This document shows positions 27,756 through 37,400 of a DNA stretch of 64,000 nt, in pieces. Where the stretch lies: contig JAKBMK010000020.1 of the NCBI GenBank assembly GCA_021831595.1, positions 2,801 through 66,800 on the forward strand, read 5' to 3'. The notes below the pieces were generated by a model. The model was not told the DNA's origin. It searched no databases and was given only the letters and a program-made list of their open reading frames with translations. The stretch comes from a bacterium (GTDB lineage: Bacteria; Patescibacteriota; Minisyncoccia; Phycocordibacterales; UBA9973). Every line of letters starts with the position of its first letter. The stretch's first letter is position 1. The position numbers were made by a program, and so were the translations under genes.

Positions 27756-28355
27756 ATGAATGATGAAAATATACAACAAGAAAATACAGAATTAGATGAA
27801 TCAAAATCAGAGGAATTTCAAGACTTAGAATTCGTAGAATCTACAGAAGATGGGGAAATCTTGCCTACGAAAGATGTCGCGAAGAAGCTTCGTGAAGAGA
27901 TAAAAACTTTAAGAAAAGACAAAGAAGAATATCTAACTGGCTGGCAGAGAGCAAAAGCTGATTATGTAAATTTGCAAAAAGAGCTTGATTTAGCTCGTAT
28001 AAATATCGCTATTCTTACAAAAGAGAAAATGGTAGAGAAATTACTCCCTGCTCTTGATAGTTTTGATATGGCATTTTCCAATAAGGAACATTGGGAAAAG
28101 ATTGACAAGGATTGGCAGGATGGTATCACTTCTATTTATCAGCAAATTCTATCTGGTTTAGAGAAATCAGGCATAGAAAAAATAGATGAGAATGGAGTTC
28201 CTTTTGATCCCAGTATTCACCAATCGATCAGCATAATAGAAACAGATGAAGAGAAAAAAGATCACACAGTAGCGAATGTTTTGCAAGTTGGGTACAAGAT
28301 AGGAGAGAGAGTAATCCGCCCTGCAAAAGTCACAATTTTTGAGCACAAAAAATAA
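27756..28355 (+). CDS. grpE: Nucleotide exchange factor GrpE
   Basis: WQRAKADYVN, LLPALDSF, FDPSIHQSI, GYKIGERVIRPAKV. Confidence 0.95.
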   Translation: MNDENIQQENTELDESKSEEFQDLEFVESTEDGEILPTKDVAKKLREEIKTLRKDKEEYLTGWQRAKADYVNLQKELDLARINIAILTKEKMVEKLLPALDSFDMAFSNKEHWEKIDKDWQDGITSIYQQILSGLEKSGIEKIDENGVPFDPSIHQSISIIETDEEKKDHTVANVLQVGYKIGERVIRPAKVTIFEHKK

Positions 28356-28451
28356 TTCAATTTTATAAAAAGTTATCCACAGAAAATGCCTTAAATTTCT
28401 AGGTTTAAGGTTTTTTCTATGATAAAATATATTAGTATTTTGTATCAAAAA

Positions 28452-31301
28452 ATGAAATCAAAAATACTACAATTTATCAAATTGCATTGGCCTAAAATTA
28501 CATCGATATTTTTATTTATTTTGCTGTCTTTAGCATACGCAAATATTTTTGCTGTCTTTACTCCAGGCGAGACTCTTGATCCAAATTGTGCTCCTGGGAC
28601 AGTTGGTTGTACTGTGAATGTCTCTAGTACAGAGACGGACCCTGTTTGGTCTGTCGACAAACCTAGTTATTCTACAAAAGCAGTTGCTGATACTTTGTAT
28701 AAACTGGCCGGATACACTCCTGACTTATCTGCCTATTCTACCAAGTCTGTGGCCGATACTTTGTATCTCGGTATTAATTCTGTTGCTACAAATTCTTCTA
28801 GCTTAGAAGGTCACAGTGCAAGTTATTTTCAAACTGCTCTAGGCTACACACCATACAACGCAACTAATCCAAATGGTTACATCACAGGTATCACATCTCT
28901 AAATGTTACAACTGCTCTTGGTTTTACTCCTTACAATTCTACAAATCCAAATGGCTATATCTCTTCCTATACAGAAACCGATCCAACTATTTCCGCTTGG
29001 GCAAAAGCAGGAGTCAAACCTTCATATTCTTATTCTGAAATATCATCTACCCCAACTCTACTTTCTCAATTTACAAATGATCTAGGTAACTATGGCGGAT
29101 TCGTCACGGGTACACCATGGACTTCTATGGGTTACTTAACATCCTATACAGAAACAGATCCAACTATTTCCGCTTGGGCGAAGGCTGCTACGAAGCCGAC
29201 GTATACTGCTGCAGAAGTAGGTGCTCCATCTGGTTCTGGAAATTCTACAGGAACAAATACTGGCGACAACGCCGTAAACTCTTTGTATTCAGGTCTAACA
29301 GCGTCTAAACAAGATACATTAAACGGTACAGGATTTGTGAAGTCTACTGCAGGAACTATTTCATACGATACGAATACATACCTCACGAGTATTAATTCTG
29401 GGAATGTTACTACTGCCCTTGGTTATACCCCTTACAATGCCACCAATCCAGCTGGATATATTTCTTCTTATACAGAAACCGATCCTACTATTTCCGCTTG
29501 GGCGAAAGCTGTAACTAAGCCTACTTATACAGCAAGTGAAGTAGGACTTGGTAATGTTCCAAATCTTTCTTTCTCAGGAAGTAACACTGGTGACGAAACG
29601 ACTTCATCTATCAAAACAAAACTCGGACAAGCCAATACCACAACTGATGGATATATATCTTCTGTTGACTGGAATACTTTCAACAACAAGCAACCAGCAG
29701 GAAGTTATCTTACTTCCTACACCGAAACCGATCCTACTGTTTCCGCTTGGGCAAAAGCAGGAGTCAAACCTTCATATTCTTATTCTGAAATATCATCTAC
29801 CCCAACTCTACTTTCTCAATTCACAAATGATCTAGGTAATTACGGAGGATTTGTCACTGGAACTCCATGGACAAGTATGGGTTATGTTACAGGTACTCCA
29901 TGGACTTCTATGGGTTACTTAACATCCTATACAGAAACAGATCCAACTATTTCCGCTTGGGCAAAGGCTCTCGTAAAACCTACATACACAGCAAGCGAAG
30001 TAGGACTTGGTAATGTTACGAATGAGAGTAAGGCTACAATGTTTACAAATCCTACTCTTACAGGTACAACAAATATTGCTAATGTGAGTATTACCGGAAG
30101 TATTATTCCTACGGTAGACAATTTTTATTATCTTGGTTCTCCAGCTTTCAGATGGCATTCTCTTTACGTCGGACCGGGTTCTATCTATGTTAACGGACAG
30201 AAAGTTCTTCAGACAGATATGTCGAACAGTGTCGTTATGTCTGCTGATGATGCTCAAAATGTTATTGTTAAAACTACAGGTGGAGGAAATATCGAGCTCA
30301 ATCCTGCTTCAGGTGGTGGAGGAATATTACTCAAGAGTAATGTCACTTTGACTGCAGGCAAATCATTTAGAACTTCTGACTTAACTCCTGTTGTATTTTC
30401 AGATGGCACAAAATCGGGGAATATAAATATCATAGGGAATACGATTTCATCAGGAAACACAAATGGAGATATTGAATTTGCTCCGAATGGAGCCGGGAGA
30501 ACATATGTATCTTCTGGTAATTTTGGAATTGGTAATACTGCTCCAGGGGAAAAGTTAAGTGTCACTGGCAACATTCTCGCCACTGGTACCATCTTGGGTT
30601 CAAATATTTCAGGGAACACAAGTGGCACCAACACTGGTGACAATGCAGTGAACTCTCTATACAGTGGACTTGCATCTTCAAAACAAGATGTACTAAGTGG
30701 TACAGGATTTGTGAAGTCTACTGCAGGAACTATTTCATATGACACGAATACATACCTCACAACGGCATCAGCAGGTTCAACTTACATTCCTTATACAGGC
30801 GGTACTTCAAACGTTGATCTTGGAGCTCATAATCTTACAGTTGATACAAATACACTTTTTGTTGACGCCACAAACCATAAAGTAGGTATTGGGATGACAA
30901 ATCCGAATTATGTTTTGGATATTGCTGGTAATGGAATTCAAGTAACAAGAAGTGGTTCAAACCCATCTGTTATTTTGAGCTCTACTGGTTATACAGGAAG
31001 TGCTGGAGACACAGTTGGCTCATTAGCATTTCGTGGAAATGATAATAGTGCCTCAAATGTTTTGTTTGGTTCTATAAATGGATTCGATGTCGTTCCTACT
31101 GCTGGAGCTGTAACTGGTGGAATTAATTTTAAAGTTCCAGTAGCTGGTACTCTTACTGAAATTATGAGAATAAATGGGAATAATGTCGGAATTGGAATTA
31201 CAAACCCATTTTCTCCATTGAGTGTTGTTAGTGGAGAACAAGAAACTGCAACTGCATTTTTCCATCAAAACGCTCCAACTAATAAACCAACATACACATA
31301 A
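28452..31301 (+). CDS. N-terminal part of giant tail-fibre-like surface protein (frameshifted to the 31424 ORF)
   Basis: Signal/TM at N-terminus, YTETDPTISAWAK and LGYTPYNATNP repeats, first GxxGIG repeats; reading continues in the -1 frame after ~31290. Confidence 0.7.
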   Translation: MKSKILQFIKLHWPKITSIFLFILLSLAYANIFAVFTPGETLDPNCAPGTVGCTVNVSSTETDPVWSVDKPSYSTKAVADTLYKLAGYTPDLSAYSTKSVADTLYLGINSVATNSSSLEGHSASYFQTALGYTPYNATNPNGYITGITSLNVTTALGFTPYNSTNPNGYISSYTETDPTISAWAKAGVKPSYSYSEISSTPTLLSQFTNDLGNYGGFVTGTPWTSMGYLTSYTETDPTISAWAKAATKPTYTAAEVGAPSGSGNSTGTNTGDNAVNSLYSGLTASKQDTLNGTGFVKSTAGTISYDTNTYLTSINSGNVTTALGYTPYNATNPAGYISSYTETDPTISAWAKAVTKPTYTASEVGLGNVPNLSFSGSNTGDETTSSIKTKLGQANTTTDGYISSVDWNTFNNKQPAGSYLTSYTETDPTVSAWAKAGVKPSYSYSEISSTPTLLSQFTNDLGNYGGFVTGTPWTSMGYVTGTPWTSMGYLTSYTETDPTISAWAKALVKPTYTASEVGLGNVTNESKATMFTNPTLTGTTNIANVSITGSIIPTVDNFYYLGSPAFRWHSLYVGPGSIYVNGQKVLQTDMSNSVVMSADDAQNVIVKTTGGGNIELNPASGGGGILLKSNVTLTAGKSFRTSDLTPVVFSDGTKSGNINIIGNTISSGNTNGDIEFAPNGAGRTYVSSGNFGIGNTAPGEKLSVTGNILATGTILGSNISGNTSGTNTGDNAVNSLYSGLASSKQDVLSGTGFVKSTAGTISYDTNTYLTTASAGSTYIPYTGGTSNVDLGAHNLTVDTNTLFVDATNHKVGIGMTNPNYVLDIAGNGIQVTRSGSNPSVILSSTGYTGSAGDTVGSLAFRGNDNSASNVLFGSINGFDVVPTAGAVTGGINFKVPVAGTLTEIMRINGNNVGIGITNPFSPLSVVSGEQETATAFFHQNAPTNKPTYT
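28965..29870 (+). repeat. Near-identical internal DNA repeats in the giant gene (~150 bp at ~28965 and ~29715)
   Basis: GCTTGGGCAAAAGCAGGAGTCAAACCTTCATATTCTTATTCTGAAATATCATCTACCCCAACTCTACTTTCTCAATT occurs twice; a ~60-bp repeat also links ~29325 and ~30700. Confidence 0.85.
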
Positions 31302-31423
31302 GACAAACAGGGGCAGGAGGTAATGCAAACGTTAACCAAGGATTATTAGTACAAGTTCAAGGAAATGTAAGTAGTAATATAGCAGATTTTGCTTACTGGG
31401 ATGGAGCAACTTCAACAAGCAGA

Positions 31424-34400
31424 ATGATAATTAGACAAAATGGTAATGTTGGAATCGGGATTTCTGCTCCGGCAAATACGTTGCAGGTAGGAGGACTTGT
31501 TAGTTGGGGTAGTGCATCCTCTCGCTATGGAATTTTGGATTACGCAACAGGGAAGGCAATGCTCTATGGCACATCTGGCAATGCTTTAAGTCTTGGTGCA
31601 AATGGGACAGGAGATTATTTGTATATAACAACCGCAGGACTGGTCGGTATAGGCACTGTCAGTCCAACACAAATAATGCATATATACGGCACTTCTATTC
31701 GTCCACAAATTGAAAGTACCGCTAATGGCGGTTATAGTTCGTTGCGGTTTGTGGGGAAAAATAGTGCAGGGACAGCAAGGGTATTTGAAGTTGGGTTAAA
31801 CATAACAGCAGATGATGTTTGGCAAATAACAGATGGTAGTAGTACTTTTGTAAATGTGAACACCTCTGGCAATGTTGGAATTGGAACTGCGGCACCTTCT
31901 ACAAAATTGGAGGTTGTTGGAACAGCACTTATAGGTAACTTAGCCAATACTATTTCAACCCCAAGTGTTAGATTTTCTGGAGTTGGTATTTATCATCCAG
32001 ATACAAATTACTATGGTGATTATGCTGGATTATTATTGAATGCATCTAGTGCTTGGACAGGTTCTGCAAAAAGATTCCTTATTACAAATGCATTAAATGC
32101 AAACAAATTTGCAATTATAAGAAGTGTAGATTCATCAACTGATCCAGCACTTGGAACTGCTGGTGCTGTTTCTTCTGGTACTGCAGATTTTGTTATTGAT
32201 GCATCTGGTAACATCGGAATCGGGACAACAAGTCCATCACATAAACTTACAGTTACCGGTGGTAACTTAGCAGTAGAAAATGGAAATATGTATTTAGCTT
32301 CAGGTTACCCACTTTATTTTGATTATGGAATTACAAATGATTATTCTATTGCAAAAAGTGGTACAGTTTTGCAATTAAACACAGCTGGCTCGTTTGCAAT
32401 GATGGGTGGTAACGTCGGAATCGGGACGACGAGTCCATCAACAAACTTAGAGATATATGGCTCTAGTCCTATATTAAAAGTAACTCAAAATCCAGGCGTT
32501 GCTGGTGGGGGAACTATTGCTTTGACCGCAGCTGGAGTTGGTTCAGATACAAATGCTGCTACTTTAAATTTATATAATGGTTCTCTTTGGAGTAGAACTG
32601 ATGGATCAGGCATAAGATTTGGTAGTGCAGATAAAACTTCAACATGGGGGATTCTTGGGAGTAATGTTGGTGTCGGAACAACGAATCCTACAGAAAGATT
32701 AGATGTTGTTGGTAATGCGAAAATTTCATCGACGTTACTTCTTGAAGGGCAATATGTTGATTTTTATAATACAAACCCAACATTTAGAGTTGTTACTGGT
32801 CCTGGTACATTCTTAATTGGTGATGATGACAATGTCTCTTTATCTTCCGGTAGATTTTTTGTGAAAAATAACGGCAATATCGGTATCGGCACTACGAGTC
32901 CACAAAATAAATTACAGATTGCAAATGGTGGAATATATTTAACATCGGATAATTTTGATACAGATGGAATTCATCAGCCACTTGCATGGAATCCTAGCTC
33001 CAGTAATTTACAACAATCAATTATTGGTAGTGTAAATTCTGATTATGCAGATACAAGTAGTACAGGAGGAACTCTCGGTATTCGTATAGGTGCAAATGGT
33101 GGATTGTATGAAGGAGTCCCAGGATATATGAATGCAGGTATGCAAGCATTGATTTATGGAAATGGAGGAGATGGGGCTAAGGGTGGAGGATATCTTCAAT
33201 TTTTGACAAAAGATAATACTACTTCATATTCTGCAAATGGAGATGTGCGGATGACCATAAACCCAATTGGTAATGTCGGTATCGGGACGACAACACCGGT
33301 ATCTTTGCTTGGATTAACACACGGTAAGATTACCGTTGGACAGGGGGCTAATGATAAAGCAGAACTACAAGGTGGAACAGGATTTGGTGCTTTGTTGAGA
33401 TTATATGAAGGATCAGGAGGAACAGAAACTGTCAGATTAGATGCCGGTGGTGGTGGAGGAACAAGCTGGATAACAAGTGGTAACGTTGGTATTGGAACGA
33501 CGAGTCCAGATAATAAACTTTCTGTAGTAGCAGGTGGAGCGGCTGGTGGTTTTAGTCAAGGGTTAAGTATCATAACAGGGAATAATTCTTATACAACAGG
33601 ACATGGTGGAATGCTCCAATTTCAAAATGAAGATGTTGTAACTGCTGGGATTAGAGGGGTAAGAGAAGATAGTTGGAAATCGGGATTAAGTTTCTATACT
33701 CACAGTTCAGGTGTTGGTAATACTTTTGATTCAACTTTCTTAGAAAGAATGAGAATAGATGGTAATGGTAATGTTGGAATAGGGACGACGGGGGCACTGA
33801 CTAAGCTGGATGTAAATGGAGTTATTGGTAAAAGACATACAGTTGCTGGTACAGTTGCATCTCCATCCGTTGAAGGCGCTTTACAATTCGTCACTGGTGA
33901 TACTTCAACATTACTTGATGTAGGAATGTTTTTTGTAAATGAATTTTTTAATAATAATGCTGCTTATATGGCATTCAAAACTAGAGATGCGGATACTACA
34001 ATCAGGACAGCAATGACAATATATAAAAATGGTAATGTTGGAATCGGGACAACGAGTCCAAGTCAAAAATTACAAGTTGCTGGGAATATTGCTCTTGATG
34101 CAGAACTAACAGAAAGATTTATACGCATAGCAGGGTCTTATGGTGGAGCTATAAGATTCAGAGGTAATGCTAGTGCTGTTGACGATAGATCACTTCAATT
34201 TGGAACGATGGATGGGAATAATTTGTTTACCCCAAGAATGATCGTAGACACAAACAGTGGTAACGTTGGTATTGGAACAGTAACTCCTGCAAAAACACTT
34301 GAAGTTAATGGTGATATTATGGCTAGTAGTAGTGGTAAGATAGGATTTAGATATTCAGGTGCAGATAATAATTTTTATAGTTATATAGAAGGATATCCAG

Positions 34401-37400
34401 CTGGTGGTGCTCTTACTCTTGCGGGAGGATTGTGGACAAGTTCTGCTACACAAAAAGCTATTACTTTCAAGACTCAAGGAGTAGCAGACGCAATGTCTAT
34501 TTTGAATAATGGAAATGTCGGTATCGGTACGACGAGTCCACAAACGAAACTTTCTGTTTCTAATGGAGGGAGTCAAAATATTGAGATTGATCCAGGTTTT
34601 ATTCAAAGCTTCAATCGTACTACTCCAGGTTATGCTGCTTTACCATTTTATGGAAGTAATTTTAGTTTTAATGTTGGTAATGTCGGAATCGGAACAACGA
34701 ATCCTACATATCCATTAGAAATTAAATCAGCAGTAGGTGCTGGAGCTTTAGCTTTAGTAGGGAGAGATGCTGATAATGTCTCATCTTTTGAATTTTTAAA
34801 TAGTGGAAAAACTTCTAGCGCTTATATCCAAGGTAATGGTTCATGGATAAGATCCAGAGCAGATGGAGGGTTTCATTTCTCAAAAGGATCTACTCCTATA
34901 GTTACAGGAACTGATTTTACAATAGAAGGTTTGAATGTCGGTATTGGAACAACTTCTCCAAATGCAAAACTTGATGTGGCTGGAATCATCAGATCAAATG
35001 CTTCGAATGTAGGTACTTTAAATCTTGGTTCAGATTCATTCAGTAGTACATACACAACTGCTCAAATAATAGGGTCAACCTCTCCTTCATATACAAGTAC
35101 TGGTAAATTATCTTTTAAAGTTTTAACTTGGGGTGTTAATACTGATTATGGTTTAACAGAACAGATGTATATTGATGTTCCTGGTGCTGATTCAAAAGCT
35201 GCAACTATAGTGATGGCACCATATGGTGGCAATGTGGGAATTGGCACGACAAGTCCTCAGTATTCTTTGCATTCTCCGGGGAGTGCATCATTTGGTTTAG
35301 GATCAGAACTACTTTTGAATAATAGTAGTTTTGAATCGGATACTTCTTCTCCTCCAAGTAGTTGGTCCAATCTGGGGAATACCACAGGTACAGCTGTCGT
35401 AGACGGATCTGCTCCTTCGGGGAATAATGTTGCGGAAGTAGTTGCGACTGGTAGTGGAACTATTGGGTATAATGCTTTTAAAACAGCCTCACCATTAGTA
35501 TTAGGCAAGACTTACAAGATTACTTATTATGCTAAAAGTATTAGTGGTGGAACAACGATAAGTCTAGGTATCCAAGCAACAGTTGATTATCAGTATAACC
35601 AAGCCATTTCTACTTCATGGTCTCAGTATTCAGTAACACACACAGGAACAATTAATCCGATGACTATTGGTTTTTCTTCTGCTAGTGGGGCAGCAACTTT
35701 TAGGGTTGATAATATTTCGGTAAAAGAAGTAAATAATCTTTATGTTGGAACAAATGGAAGTGTAGGTATTGGATCTACATCACCAATAAGTGTTCTTGAA
35801 GTTAAAAGTGCTGCTCCAATTTTGACAATTAATGGAACTGACAACTCACAATTCAAAGGAATTAATTTTGCAACGCTTGGAAGCGTGCAAGCTAGTTTGT
35901 TGTCGAATATTGCAACAGGAGAACTGAAACTTCAATCAGGTACTTCTGGTTTCGGTGGATTTATGACATTTAATTTAGATGGTAGTGAGAGAATGAGAAT
36001 TCAAGCAACAACAGGTAATGTAGGTATTGGAACAACGGCACCAGGAGCGAAGTTTGAAACATCTAGTGTTTCAAGTGGTTTAGTTTGGAATGGAATTTTA
36101 AGAAATGACTATAATGCCAATGCAACAAATTATGGAGTCGGATTGAAATTAAAAGTTAGTAGCGATGGAGTGCCAAATGAAATTAATAAATGGGTAGGTC
36201 TTGCTGCTGTAGCTGGCAGTACATATTCTAATAGGACAGATTTGGCCTTGTATACATCTGCATCATCAGCAACAGACCCAACTGAGAAAATGCGAATTGA
36301 TGGAAACGGTAATGTTGGAATTGGAACACAAACTCCTGGAGCAAAATTAGATGTAATTGGAAATATTTATCTAAGTTCAGCTAATCCTTATGGTGGTTCG
36401 AGTGTTTATAATGTCCAAAAAGAGCAAAATGTTAGCAGCGCAAGTGTGGCTGGAGCGGGATGGTATCGTGTTGCTCAGCTTGGGGATGTACGTGGACAAA
36501 ACACAGTTACTATTTACACCACAGGAGGAAGTTATGCCCCACAAAGTACAACGATAAGATGGTGGCATGATTGGTCAGCTCAAGGTGGATTAAATGTCAT
36601 TTCAGAATTTGGTTCTAGCTTTTGGAGTCAAGCACGAGTGACAAGTGATGGCATAACTAATTCATATTTGGAAGTTTACTTTAATCAAGCTATGGCAGGT
36701 GGTGTCTATCTTTCAATGCAATATGATGGAGGTTTTGCAAAAGGATCACTTTATAGTGGGTCTTTGCCTGTTGGTGGTGATACAGTAAGAATGACTACAA
36801 CAACTGGATTACTGTCTGTTGGGGACAAATTGACTATAAATAATTCTGGCAACGTTGGAATTGGAATAACAAGCCCAAGCCAAAAATTAGATGTAAACGG
36901 TATTCTTAAAATAGAAGGACAGGCTAGTTCGACCTTTAATTCAACCTCGCAAGGAATTTCTTTCTTTGCTGGTAATGATAACTATAAGATTGGTTTTGAT
37001 AGTCAAGCTGGATCAAGGGGTTATATTCGTTACAACGTAGATACGAATGATAGTGTTCACGGACATATTTTTTCAGCTGGTGCATCAGGAAGTCAAACAG
37101 ACTTAATGACAATTCTAGGTAACGGCAACGTCGGGATTGGTACGGCGAATCCAGGGACAAAACTTGATATCCAAGGAGCGATAAATACTTCCCCTGTATC
37201 AATAGCACAATCTGGCGCAGCAAACAATACATTCGGTGATTATATAGGTCTTGATTTCAAGATGTCAAACGAGATGTCGCAGTATACGGGCAATCCTGCA
37301 GCGAGAATCTCAGCGTATCTGGAAGGAGGAAGCAATGGTTACGGATTGGATTTTTGGACGAAGCTCGATGCAGCAAACTTTAGCAAGGCAATGAGGATAA

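Noticed and set aside
28373-28381. DnaA box TTATCCACA as replication origin
   Set aside because: Single box, no cluster and no dnaA/dnaN nearby; may be regulatory or chance.
28965-30760. Diversity-generating retroelement TR/VR pair
   Set aside because: Repeat differences are mostly synonymous and not adenine-specific; no reverse transcriptase in the window.
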